Assembly: GCA_964016885.1 (NCBI GenBank)
Contig: OZ024742.1
Coordinates: 209,126,001-209,190,000 of the forward strand
From: Eledone cirrhosa
Taxonomy: Eukaryota
Reading direction: 5' to 3'
DNA: 64,000 bases
Shown here: piece after piece, positions 13,351-26,120 of the stretch
Layout of the letters: every line of letters begins with the position of its first letter
Numbering within the stretch: the stretch's first letter is position 1
Notes under the pieces: model-generated
Databases searched by the model: none
What the model saw: the letters and a program-made list of their open reading frames with translations, nothing else
What the model was told of the DNA's origin: nothing
Translations under genes and position numbers: made by a program

Positions 13351-14484
13351 GACTTACACTGCTTCGGGCTCACCACCACTGACATCCACCAACTCCTATC
13401 CATCGTCGTCAACAACACCTACTTCGGATTCCTTGACCAAACATATCAACAAACCTCGGGATTGCCCATGGGACCAAGCCTATCAGGTGTGCTAGCGATC
13501 TCTTACATGGACAAACTCGAACGCAAGGCACTCAACGCCTGCCACCCCAACGCCGTAGCCTTTTTCTCAAGGTACGTGGACGATATCCTGATCCTCACAT
13601 CTTCCCAAGACACGACGAACAGAATCTATGAGACGTTCAACAACAGGGACGAGAACATTGACTTCAGTGTTGAACACCCAAACGAAGACGGGTCACTTGC
13701 CCTCCTCGACTTCCGAATCAACATCACGGAACAGGGAAGGATCCACTGCAACTTCTACCGAAAGGCAGCCTGCAGGGACGTGTTCGTTCACTACAAGTCC
13801 GCCCTCCCTAACAGTGCCAAAAGAGGATACATCACGAACGAGATCGCGCGAATCAAAAACAGATGCAGCGATCCCGCGAGTGGTGTCACTCATACCAAGC
13901 GATTCCTCGAGGTGCTGGAGACGAACGGGTACCCTACCTCCATCACAGACAGAATAGGAGACACCATACACAAGAGACAGAGAGGCACCCAAGGCAAGTG
14001 CTTCCTTAAAATTCCACATCTGGGCGAGAATACCACCAACGCTATCCGCAAGGCTATACGGAGGGAGCGCCTCGACATCCACCTGGCCAACTCGGGCCCC
14101 TCCCTGCGAAGATGCCTCTCCAAGAAACCCGGGAAATCTACTGACGCATGCTCCCTCAGAGACTGCCCGATACGCCATGCAAACTGTTGCCTACGCACAT
14201 ACGTCGTGTATAAGATAGAATGTGACAGGTGCAACCAATACTACATAGGTAGCACAATCCGACCTTTGCACATCCGGATCAAGGAATACACTAAAACCAG
14301 AGCCTCGTCTTTCCGGAAACACATAGACAAATGCGGAAACAAAGACGGAAGGCCCATTGTCACAATTCTAGCGTCTGAAAGAAACGTCGGCACGTTACGT
14401 ATCAAGGAAGCACTTTTTATCAAACGCCTGCAACCGCAAATAAACAACCGATTAGAGAGAAGCGAAATGAGATGGCTGGTTTAA
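13351..14484 (+). CDS. PLE reverse transcriptase C-terminal half, thumb and GIY-YIG endonuclease
   Basis: GLPMGPSLS, YVDD, LLDF, VVYKIECDRCNQYYIGST, LRIKEALFI, PQIN. Uninterrupted ORF. Confidence 0.95.
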   Translation, partial: DLHCFGLTTTDIHQLLSIVVNNTYFGFLDQTYQQTSGLPMGPSLSGVLAISYMDKLERKALNACHPNAVAFFSRYVDDILILTSSQDTTNRIYETFNNRDENIDFSVEHPNEDGSLALLDFRINITEQGRIHCNFYRKAACRDVFVHYKSALPNSAKRGYITNEIARIKNRCSDPASGVTHTKRFLEVLETNGYPTSITDRIGDTIHKRQRGTQGKCFLKIPHLGENTTNAIRKAIRRERLDIHLANSGPSLRRCLSKKPGKSTDACSLRDCPIRHANCCLRTYVVYKIECDRCNQYYIGSTIRPLHIRIKEYTKTRASSFRKHIDKCGNKDGRPIVTILASERNVGTLRIKEALFIKRLQPQINNRLERSEMRWLV

Positions 14485-14797
14485 GTTAACAAACGATGTA
14501 GCAACACACAACACACGCACACACAAACGAGACAACTACACACGCCCACACACACACACTCAAGCGAGACAACAACACACGCACACACACACACACAGTA
14601 ACATTTAACAAACAGGCAGAGAATGGACTGACAGCTAGCGCCACCCCACTCCCTCATTCGGCCGCTGACCTCTGCCCGACCGACCCCATTTCACGCGCAC
14701 GCGCGCTCTGCCGAATACCTCAGATATTCAAAACAACAAACAGCGGAGGACGCGTTTCGCACCTGTCCGACAGACAACCTTTACCCCGGAAAAAAAA

Positions 14798-14832
14798 CCC
14801 AGTTGATGGATGTGAATCCGAAATATATAGGG
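14798..14832 (+). ncRNA. HHR-like motif with variant core CAGUUGA in the PLE 3' UTR
   Basis: cc-CAGTTGA-t-ggat-gtga-atcc-GAAA-tata-TA-ggg. Homologous motif at 52658-52695 (minus) has a compensated stem II. Confidence 0.55.
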
Positions 14833-15085
14833 ACTATTAAATCTCTCCCATGGTAACTCTCTCTTGTGTTGTTATTTTTATTTTATCCTTTATACTCTTC
14901 CCTTCTTTCTTCTACACATTTACACATCTTTACACACCACGCATCTCAACGTACACCCACTTACATCTCTCTCTCCACCACCGGATCTTGTTACCCGGAG
15001 ATTTACCCATTTGCATTGTCGAGGCTTCCAAACGACTTAAAGATATTTATTTATTATTCCACAATGCTTCAAGCAAACTTCAATA

Positions 15086-15175
<90 letters not shown>

Positions 15176-15399
15176 AATGCAAGTTTATGATTCTGTGTGT
15201 CCGCCTAAAACTACCAAACTACCGGACCAAACTCCTCAAAATTACATGTACATATTCAATATATACTCGGATAGGTAACGGTCGAAATAATTTTACTTTG
15301 CAAAGCAAGGAATTCATTTCAATTCAATTTATCTTATTTTCTAATGAATATCAAAAGAGATCATCTATTTTGTTTTTTTATGTTCTGTAGTCTGTAGAT

Positions 15400-15720
15400 A
15401 TGAGAGTGAAGGATGGGAGAGAGAAAGAGAGAGAGTAATGGATCAGAGAGAAAGAGAGAGAGTGGGAGATGGGAGAGAGAGTAAGGGGATGAGAGAGAAA
15501 GAGAGAGTGTGGATGGGAGAGAGAGTAAGGGAATGTGAGAGAGAAAGAAAGAGAGTAAGGGATGAGAGAGAAAGAGAGAGAGTGGGAATGGGAGAGAGAG
15601 TAAGGGGATGTAAGAGAGAAATAAAGGGATGAGAGAGAGAGAGTAAGAGATGGGCGAGAGAGAGTAATGTGAGAGAGAAATAAAAAGAGAGAGAATAATG
15701 GGATGGGAGAGAGAGAGAGG
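15400..15720 (+). repeat. GA-rich minisatellite inside the Helitron
   Basis: Repeated gagagagtaagggatgagagagaaa-like units. Confidence 0.85.
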
Positions 15721-16493
15721 GAAAGTGGTTAGCGTTCATTAACTTTTATTTATTTATTATTTTTACACACTTCTTAACTCTCCCAATGTTATTTTTCTTT
15801 TATTTATTTTTTGTTTGCTATTGTGTAAGGATGAAAGAGAGAAAGAAAGAGAGGAGATGAGAAAGAGAAAGGGAGTGAGGCGGATGGGGAGAAAAAGACA
15901 ATAAGAAAAGAGAAAAGAAGAGAGAGAGAAAAAAAGTAAAAAGGCAGGAGAGAGGGAGGGTCATTGGAGGGATTCTTTAACTAACGTGTGTCAGCGTTTA
16001 TATGTATATTCACACACACATATGTGTGTTATGGGGGGGGGGTTCTTTAGAAGACGATATATATTACCATCAAAACTTATTTTCTACATATGTCTAAAGA
16101 AATCACAGATGCTTTTATAGAAGTTGTATATATGTATGTATTTAACAGACAAAAAAAATAAAACGGTATATTTAAAAGATATTATATGAATATATTATTT
16201 TCCGCTGTTATTTGAATTAACACAGAAAATATTTTTTTTGTAGTGTTTGTCGTTTTTGGGATACAATCTGAAATCCCAATATTTTCTACATATGTCTAAA
16301 ATTAATTACACCTAATATACATTCATATAAATAGATGATTTAAAACAACATTACTGAGTGAACAATACATTCTATACTTGTTTCTATTTCGGAAAGAGTG
16401 CTGTGTGTAATAATTGTTTCTACTTTTGTCACAAGGCCAGCAATTATTCCAGTGCATTACAGGTACTTTATTTTATCGTGTGGTGTGTAATAA

Positions 16494-16680
16494 GTGTTTC
16501 TACATTTGGCACAAGGCCAGCAAATTACCCATTACATCACTGGTACTTTATTCTATCGACCCAGTAAGGATGAAAGGCAAAGTTAATCTGGGCGAGATTA
16601 GAACTCAGAATGGCAAGGGCCGTAATTCAATGCGTCAAAGCATGGTGTCCGAATCTCTACCGATACTGCCAATCCACCGA
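16494..16680 (-). mobile_element. tRNA-derived SINE inserted in the Helitron 5' region, with a probable 16-bp target-site duplication
   Basis: gtgtggtgtgtaataa at 16478-16493 and 16691-16706 flanks the copy. A further tail fragment lies at 16412-16475. Confidence 0.8.
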
Positions 16681-16717
16681 CCTACACACCGTGTGGTGTG
16701 TAATAATATCACTTCAA

Positions 16718-19700
16718 ATGCCTAGAAAACATTCCAGATCATTATATGGAAGGTCATCTTCAGAGGCTAAGAGAAAGAAAACACAGCGATCTGAAGAAAG
16801 TGAAGAAGTTCGGCATGCTCGTCAAGCTGCTAACAGAGCCCAAACAGCTTTAACACGAGCACACCCTTTGGATGAAAGGGAACAAAGGACTGTGGCTACA
16901 CGAGAACAACAAATTAAGGAACAGCAGCAAATCAGACGAAATGTTAATCAAGCACATCGTTCTACTGCCCGAGCAGGAGAACAAGCCACAAGTAAAATGA
17001 ACTGGTTGATGGGTGCTTTTTCTTATGACTCCCAAAAGGACTACAGCAGTTATCCACAAATCAACATTGGGAAAATGAACAAATGCTGCCAGTATTGTGG
17101 TGCCAAGAGGTGGGCAGCAAAAACACCAATAAATACATCATCAAATATAATTCTGCCTTTCAAATGACATCGTTTAGGGCTGACAGGAATGTGACTGACT
17201 GCAGTTTCTGTACAACTTATAAAATTCAGGGAAAGTGTTACCACTTAATGGGTGTCCTTCTGCCACTTTCACAGGAGCCTCACAAATTTGTGCAGGTTTA
17301 CTTCGTGGGTGGAAATGAAACACAGGCACAACAAAGATGTACCAATGTCCAGGGTGGATTTCAGTTATACATAGTCATAAAGTTACAAGAAATGCTTCAC
17401 CAACATCACATGTACGTCAGTGTATTTAAATATGCACTGGAGCATATGAACAACACCAGAGATCGTAAAATCATCATTAGGGCAGACAAACGCCCAACTT
17501 CAGAACATGAACGCAGATTCAATGCACCTGTCACTGACGAAGTTGCAATCATAATGGTTGATGAACAGCATGAACGACGTGACATTGTTTTGCAAAAACG
17601 AAGTGGACATTTGGAGCGAATTTGTGAAACTCATAGCGCCTATGATTCACTCCAATATCCGCTCATCTTTTGGAATGGTCAAGATGGATATCATTTTCAG
17701 CTACGGCATATCAGCCCAGTAACGGGACAAGAAACTGGCAGATCAATCAGCTACAAAGAATTCTATGCTTATCATTTAATGGTATGTGACCACTTCAACC
17801 AAGTTCTGCGATTCAAAGAATTAACCATCCAGTTCATGGTGAACATGTATGCCAAAATTGAAACATAAGGATTGGGTTTTCTGCGAAGGAATCAAACTAA
17901 GTTGAGGGCAGATAACTACATCCACCTTAGAGATGCCATCAATTCTGATGTTGACCCAAGAAATATTGGCCAGCCAGTCATACTACCATCAAGCTTCACG
18001 AGAGGACCATGTGACATGCATGAACGTACGCACGATGCAATGGCCTATGTCAGAAACTTTGGTCGGCCAGATCTCTTCATTACATTTACATGCAATTCAA
18101 ACTGGTCATAAATATCAAATGAATTATTTCAAAATCAAAAACCAAAGGATCGACATGATCTCATTGATCGGGTTTTCCATGAAAAGCAAAAAAAACAACA
18201 ACTCATCTGGCTCCTAAAAGAAGGAAGAAACTTTGGTGAGCTTAGTGCTTGGATGACCACTATTGAGTGGCAGAAGAGAGGTCTTCCTCACTCTCACGAA
18301 CTAATCTAGTGCAAGGAGAAGATACGACCAGATGATGTTGATAAGATCATTTCAGCAGAGTTGCCTGATAAAGGTCGTGATCCAGAGCTCTTTGAAACCA
18401 TCAAGTCCAAACTCATTTATGGTCCAGGTGGAGTCATCAATCCAGCCTCTCCCTACATGAAAGATAAAAAATGCAGCAAACATTATCCTAGAGCTTTTAT
18501 TCGGGAAACTCGGACTGACAATATTGGATACCCCCTTTATCGTAGGCGTAGACCAGAACATGGAGGCAATACTGCAAGCCTAACAGTTCGAGGAGAGGAG
18601 CGTCCCACACAACAAATTGTTGTGTAAACTTTTAAAAGCTCATATCAATGTTGAGTATTGCAGCTCCGTCAAGGCAATCCTATATATCACAAAATATACC
18701 AACAAGGGTAGTGACATGGCTACCTTTATTACTGACAAAGAACTCAATGATGGTGATCTGGATGAGGTCAAACGGTATCAAACAGGTCGATACATCTCCA
18801 GCAATGAAGCTATCTGACGAATCTTTGGATTTGATATCCACCAACGCCACCCAACAGTGGTCAATCTCGCAGTCCATCTGATGGACAGAGAGTGTACTTC
18901 ATTACGATCATTGCTCATCAGTTGGCACATGCATCACATGACACTACACTAAATGCTTTCTTTAAACTCTGGCAGAATGCTGAATTTGCTCGATCCCTCC
19001 TCTATGCTGAAGTCCCAACATACTATACCTGGAAATTGGAAACGAAGAAAGCAGGGTCATTTAGTGGAAGGTCATGAAGTCAAGTCAAGTGATGCTATTG
19101 GGCGTGTTTACAATGTCCATCCCAACAACAGAGAATGTTATTATTTACGGCTACTTCTGCATACTGTTCGAGGACCAACGTCATTTGAGGATCTTAGATG
19201 CTTCAGAGAAAGGGAGTGCGCAACATACCAAGAAGCGTGTAACCGGCATGGACTCCTGCATGACAATGGACACCGGAAGAAGTGCCCACAAGAAGCAGCA
19301 ATCACTCAAGTAGCCAGTCAAATAAGACAATTATTTGCTATTATGCTCACAGCATGTGGAATTGATGAAGCTCATCTACTCTGGCAGGAGGACAAAAACA
19401 ATATGTCGGACGACTATCTACACCTAGCCCGAAGGCATCATGGCAATATGTATATGGAATATACCCCCAAGATTTACGATCAAGCTCTCTGTGACCTGTC
19501 CCATCGAGTTCAGGCAATGAATAGCACATTAGCTAACTGCGGGATGACAGAGCCAGATGAAGAAATTGAGGTAGCACAAGACATTTTTCAGGAGACAAAC
19601 TACGATATTCAAGCATTGCGTAAGTTTGTGGATGAAAATGAACCTCAATATATGATTGACCAGAAATACGCCTGCCACAATGTCATGGAACACATTCAAC

Positions 19701-21001
19701 ATGACAGGGGCGGGGGGCTTTTCTTCATCAATGCTCCTGCTGGCACAGGCAAGACATTCCTCATAAACCTCCTACTTCGCCAAAAGCAACATGTTGCCCT
19801 TGCTGTGGCTTCAAGTGGCATTGCAGCAACACTTCTGGATGGAGGAAGAACTGCACAATCCATGTTTAAGCTGCCCATAGATCTCACACGACATGAAAAA
19901 TCTTTTTGTAACATCAAGAAGAATTCACCCAAGGACAACGTTTTGCAAACATGCAAGATGATAATTTGGGATGAGGCTACTATAAGCCATAAAGGAGCAA
20001 TTGAAGTTTGGGACTGGACGATAAGGGATCTGGGAGAAAATAGTTCCATAATGGGAGGAGTGACAATAGTTCTTGCTGGTGATTACAGACAAACTCTGCC
20101 TGTAATTCTTCCAGGGACTCGAGCTGATCAGTTCAATGCCTGTCTGAAAACATCTTATCTCTGGCCCCACTTTCAGCTGCTGAGACTTACATCCAACATG
20201 CGAGTGCACCTAACTGGTAACGAAGGTGTCCGTGAGTTTGCCATCCAACTACTTAAATTGGGAAATGGACTTCTTGAAAAGGACTCCAGTGACCATATTC
20301 AGTTGTCATTTGGCCATATCATTGACACAGAACAAGAACTGATTGCCAGAGTATTTCCAAACATTCAGACCAGGCAATGTGATCCGAAATGACTCTGTGA
20401 ACGAGCAATCTTAGCACCTAAAAATGTTGCTGTAAAAGAAATCAACAGAAGGCTGCTGGAGATGTTACCGGGAGAGAAAATATGCTACAAATCAGTTGAA
20501 ACAATCACTTCTCAAGACCAGGTTGTAAACTATCCAACTGAATTTTTGAACAGTCTTGAACAAGCGGAAATGTCTCCACACAACCTGATACTGAAGCTTG
20601 GAGCATCGGTTATGCTACTTCGCAATCTGGATCCTCCAAAACTTTGTAATGGCACAAGACTCATCATCAAAAATATGATGTCCAATGTTCTAGAAGTTGC
20701 AATCATGTCAGGAAACTTTGCTGGTGACAATTGTTTAATTCCCCGAATACCTCTGAAGCCAACTGATTTGCCATTTCAATTTCAAAGACTTCAATTTCCG
20801 ATCACGCTCAGTTTTGCCATGACCATTAATAAATCTCAAGAGCAATCATTGAAAGTCGTTGGGTTGAATCTGGCAGATCCTGTCTTTTCACATGGTCAAC
20901 TCTATGTTGGCACAACAAGCATTGGGAACCATGATAGTCTCTTCATTGTGGTACCACAGGGCAAAACCAAGAATGTTGTTTATCCAGAGGCTTTGGAATG
21001 A
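16718..21001 (+). pseudogene. Helitron RepHel (HUH Rep plus PIF1-family helicase), with multiple stops and frameshifts
   Basis: CCQYCGAKRW, YNSAFQMTSF, RPDLFITFTCN, IEWQKRGLPHSH (HUH, ~18262-18297), YITKYTNKG, APAGTGKT, IIWDEA, GDYRQTLPV, LCNGTRL, FAMTINKSQ, HGQLYV. Confidence 0.96.
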
Positions 21002-21169
21002 GCAATGTCGTAATTCCTCATTCAATGACAATACATACAGATCCTAATTCCTTAGTCATGTAGTTTGCAAGCAATTCTGAAGCCCCAAATTTACTGCATG
21101 GTGTTACTTTGGAAGAATATGCAGCCATTCCCTGGTACCTCTGCTATATAAAGTAGTATAAGTGAGGAC

Positions 21170-21440
21170 TTTGTTGGGTATAATTAGCAGCCAAATTTCC
21201 TTCAAATCCCACCTTACTTTCTCAGGTATGTATATATGTATGAAGCAAAAAGGAATGGTTCTATGTGATAACTCGATCTACTAGAAATATTAGCAAAATC
21301 CATTTCAAATCACAAACAACTGTCTTACACACATACATGTGTGTGTATGTATCTATGTATGTCATGTGAGCCACTCTAACTGTTGGTATAGCTAATAGAA
21401 ATAGAAAACAAATCTCCCTCAAACAAGATCCTACTGCCAT
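21170..21440. repeat. Three degenerate copies of a short interspersed repeat in the Helitron 3' region
   Basis: Recurrent (ta)gaaatagcagccaaatctccctcaaatcacacc-like motif near 21185, 21282 and 21397. Confidence 0.45.
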
Positions 21441-21963
21441 AGAGGCAAAGATTGGTGAAAGCTAAAGTCTACAAATTTAAATACACTTTCCCCGAATTAC
21501 AGAAATGAGTAAGTAAATGCTTCATTCAATCATAAACCAATGCTAAATTTATTTTCTTATTTTATATATGGTTTTTAAAATAGTCTTTACATGTTGTTTG
21601 AATTTTCAGAGTTTCAGATTGAACAAAAAAAAAAAAAAAAAGTAAAGGATAAATAAAAAATATCTAAATGTTTTTTTTGGTCATGCCCTTTTCACTGACA
21701 ACATACCTAATGATTCATCTATGAGTAAAGAATTATATATGCTGACTGTAATAGGGAGCAGTATTTAAAAAAATCACCACTGGAAAAAACTAATATTTTT
21801 ATCTAGATGATTTACTTTGATCAAACGGTAATAAATATTCTGCTATAATTCCTACTTTGGTTAAAATTCAGCAATCATATTTGAATGGTCAAATATTAGT
21901 AATGTGTGCCAAATATATTGTAACTTTCATAAAATACCCGGGTATCACCGGGTAGCTCAACTA

Positions 21964-22026
<63 letters not shown>

Positions 22027-22584
22027 AATGATTCGAAGTCTGTGTTGCAGCTTATGTACAAATTTTATTTGCATATTACAATTATTTCAATATCGATCCG
22101 CTAACGGTACAATGAAGGTGACGAGGATCGGGCAAGGACACAACCAGAGAGATTGAGAAATACGTAGCTATGTCAACTTGTCATGTAACTTATGTTGAGA
22201 ATTTCTTTCAGCTTAATGGAAATGATGTGGCTCAGATTGCTATATGTTCGAAGTGCAATTTAATAGGTAGAAGATCACCTTATTAAGCATCGTATTTTTT
22301 GATAATTTCACGCCCAAAAGACAATGTATCATGGTACTAGGCTCCAAGATTGGTAGTGTTTTCGCATAAAAAAACAGGAGTTTCATCTTTAGTAAATATG
22401 GACAGCAGTGTTTCGTGGCTCTTAGTCAATGATAGTTGGCATTGTTCTTGTAGAAATCCCCAAAATTCAAATACAGGAATTTTGTTTTTGTATGTGTGTG
22501 TTTGTGCATGTATAGCTAGTTTTTTTTTTTTTGTCTTCTGCTACATCCGAATAACATTAACTATATCAACAACAAAAATAGTAA

Positions 22585-25283
22585 TAATTTTTCTACTTTT
22601 GGCACAAGGCCAGCAATTATCCCAGTGTATTACTGGTACTTTATTGTATCGACCCCATAAGGATGAAAGGCAAAGTTAACCTCGGCGGGATTTGAACTCA
22701 GACCATAAAGGGCCGTAACGCTTTGCTTTAAAGCATGGTGTCCGACTCTCTACCGATACTGCCAATAGTAATAATGATAATCGTTATTATTACCGTTGAC
22801 ATCAGGGCGGTGGATTGGAAGTATCGGTAGAACGTCGGACAACATGCTTTGTGATGTAGAGTTACGACCCTTTATATCCTGATTTCAAATGCCGCCGAGG
22901 TTAACTTTGCCTTTCATCCTTACGAGTTCGTTAAAATAAAGTACCAGTAACGCAATGGAGTCGATTTAATCGACTTTCATTTCCCCCCAAATTGCTGGCC
23001 TTGTGTCTGAATCAGAACACTACGGGGTCGATAAAATAAAGTACCAGTAATGCACTGGGTAATTGCTGGCCTTGTGCCTAAAGTAGAAACAAGTATTACC
23101 ATTAACATCACTATCATAATAATAATGAACAAATCAGAAAAGTGAACAAGAATTGAACGTGATTCCGGATGTAGGTAGGGGCATTGAGTTGTTTTATTAA
23201 TTCTTGTGTGGTCTCTATGCGCGTGTGCGTTTGTGTGTGTGGATGTCTCTGTGTGTGTTTGTATGAGCAATAGCGATTTATTCCCTTTTCTGTTGGGGTA
23301 AAGAGGGTCATGTGATAACAATATTAATTGTTTCTACTTTTGGCACAAGGCCAGCACATACCCAGTGCATTACTGGTACTTTATTTTATCGACCCCGTAA
23401 GGATGAAAGGCAAAGTTAACCTCGGCGGGATTTGAACTCAGAATGGCAAGGGCCGTAACTCTTTGCTGCAAAGCAATGCGTCCGACCCTCTACCGATACT
23501 GCCAATCCATCGCCCTAGATAATGGCAATAACAATGATGATAATAATTCCATTAGCAAGGTGAAACATTTTACATGTGTTGGGGAGGTTGTTAGTGTATA
23601 TTCAGGTGCAGTTTGTATTTTTGAATAAACATTTTTTTAAAAATATCTATTCGTGTTTGATCTATGACTTTATCTGGACAACGCTATAATGGTAAAACCT
23701 CGAATGTTCACTAATTGGTGTCTGTCTTGTAGTGGAGTCTTGTAATTGTTGGCGGTGAATTGTCATTCTCTTTCTGAGGGTGAGTTTGGTTTTCCCTATA
23801 ATATCTTCGTTGCACTCTTTTCATTTAATGGTATATAATAATTTTTTTGTTGAACAAGTGAAATGATTTTTTTACAAAAAATATTTGCCCTGATTTAAAT
23901 TTATACAATGTCTGCAATGAAGTTAATACAAATTCCACAATTAGGGCGAACACTCCTTTTGACTCTTGGTGTTGTGTTTGTGGTGGGTAATTTGGAGCTT
24001 ACGAGTCGTATTTTAAGCGAATTTCTTTCTTTTTTTTTGCTTTTGATTGTTTTGTCTTTCGAGTGCTATTTCTATTCTTCGATCTTATCTCAATAGTGGG
24101 ATGTTCTTGTGGATAATGTTATATGCCTCTGAACTTATTGGATTGTGTGTTGAGATATAGAGTAGAGTATTGGATGTATCTAAAGTTGTTTTTGTTTTTC
24201 GTAATTCTTGAATGTCTATTGCTTTGGCACGTTCTATTTCATTTATTAATAATTGTTTCTACTTTTGAGACAAGACCAGCAAATAACCTGTGCATTACTG
24301 GTACTGAATGTTATCGACCCCGTAAGGATGAAAGGCAAATTTAACCCCGGCGGGATTTGAACTCAGAATGGAAAGGGCCGTAACTCTATGCGTCAAAGCA
24401 TGGCGTCCGACCCTCTACCGATACTGCCAATCCACCGCCCTGTTAATAATGGTCATAATATTTTCATAATGGTTTCTTTTTTTACCGCCCTATTAATAAT
24501 GATGGATATTGTCTTTTGAATCGAGTTTCTTTTAGTTCTTGAAATCTTTTATTCCGAGTTTCATGATTTGAGGCAATTGTACAGATTCTTCTTGCTAGAT
24601 AAATGAAGTGTTTGTGTTCGTGTTTTTCGAATGCCTTGAGCTGAATAGTAAGTTTAGAATCTGTTGGTTGTGACGAATGTCAGTTTCAATATCTGTGTCT
24701 TTTTTTTTATTAGAATGTCTAGGATTGGAAGTTGCATATGTGTAGCTGGTTTTTTGTTTCCTACTACATCCGAATAACATTAAATATATCAACACTAGAA
24801 CTAGTAATAATAATTGTTTCTACTTTTGGCACAAGGCCAGCAATACCCAGTACATTACTGGTACTTTATTTTATCGACCCCTTAAGGATGAAAGACAAAG
24901 TTGACCTCCGCAGGATTTGAACTCAGAATGGAAAGGGCCGTAACTCTAGGCATCAAAGCATGGCGTCCGACCCTCTACCGATACTGCCAATCCACCGCCC
25001 CTAATAGAGTTTCTACTTTTGGCACAAGGCCAGCGATTACCCCAGTGCACCACTGGTACTTTATTTTATCGACCTCATGAGGATGAAAGGCAAAGTTAAC
25101 CTCGGCGGATTTGAACTCAGAACGCAAAGGGCGATAACTATGCTGCAAAACATGGTGTCTGACGCTCTACCGATTCGTTATTATTGATATTAATCCTTAA
25201 GAATAAATAATGAGAATATATTTATTTAAAATAAAGAAGATATATTTACGTGCCCGGCTACATACTGAAACATACCAACCCAA

Positions 25284-25329
<46 letters not shown>

Positions 25330-26120
25330 TGCAAACACATACACACAAACACAGTCGCGTACAATTGTTGTTCATTTTGCTGATTGGTTCATTATTATCA
25401 TAGTTGTCATTATGATAGTGATGTTTATATCAATAATAACGATTATTATTATTACTATTACATCCTTACGGGGTCGATAAATTAAAGTACCAGTAATACA
25501 CTGGTATAATTGCTGGCCTTGTGCCAAAAGTAGAAACAATTATTACTATTTGGTGGTGAATTGGCAGTATCGTTAGGAGGTCGGACATGTTTTCCAGCAT
25601 AGTTACGTCCCTTTACGATCTGAGTTCAAATAACGCCGAGGTTCACTTTGCTTTTCATCCTTACGGGGTCGATAAAATAAAGTACCAGTATTGTACTGGG
25701 TAATTGCTGGCCTTGTGACAAAAGTAGAAACAATTATTATTACAATTTTTGCTAGTGTTATTATTAATGTTAAGAGCAGGAAAAAAACTAGATACCCACA
25801 CATCTATGTATGGTTCTGTAACTTCTGATCGAATCGTAGGGGCGTCGTATTGACATATGATGGTTCTTGGGGATTTTAAACCTGGCGGTTCCCGTCACTC
25901 TCCAGGCCTGAGTAAAACAGATTTCTTTCAGAGAAAATGAGAGAGAGGAAATGAGAAAGATATATAGAGGATGAAGCGACCCCAGTACTAGATTGGTACT
26001 TTTTATCGACATCGAAAGGATGAAAGGCAAAGTTGACCTCAGCGGGATTTGAACGCAGAGAGCAGAGATCCGGAACGTATACCAGAAAGTAATCTATCCG
26101 ACGTTCTAACGAATCTGTCA
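22585..26120. mobile_element. Cluster of about 10 tRNA-derived SINE copies (~190 bp) in both orientations
   Basis: A box tggcagtatcggt, B box gagttcaaatccc, core gcctttcatccttacggggtcgataaaataaagtaccag, (ATT)n tail. Copies at about 22585-, 22806+, 23022+, 23326-, 24250-, 24811-, 25010-, 25461+, 25552+, 25980-. Confidence 0.92.

Larger units (their letters stand above)
12903..15050 (+). mobile_element. Young 5'-truncated Penelope-like retroelement with 5' inversion and 21-bp inverted termini
   Basis: RT plus GIY-YIG ORF. 12903-12923 is the reverse complement of 15030-15050. Visibly more GC-rich than its flanks. Confidence 0.93.
15164..21964 (+). mobile_element. Decayed full-length autonomous-type Helitron inserted in (TA)n
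   Basis: RepHel coding remnants. 3' hairpin tacccgg-gtatca-ccgggta (21935-21954) then CTAG (21961-21964). 5' end t[g]tatatatataaatgc. (TA)n on both sides. Confidence 0.92.

Noticed and set aside
22585-26120. Recurrent repeats with unique spacers resembling a CRISPR array
   Set aside because: Eukaryotic context; the repeats are ~190-bp SINEs with Pol III boxes, irregular spacing and both orientations.
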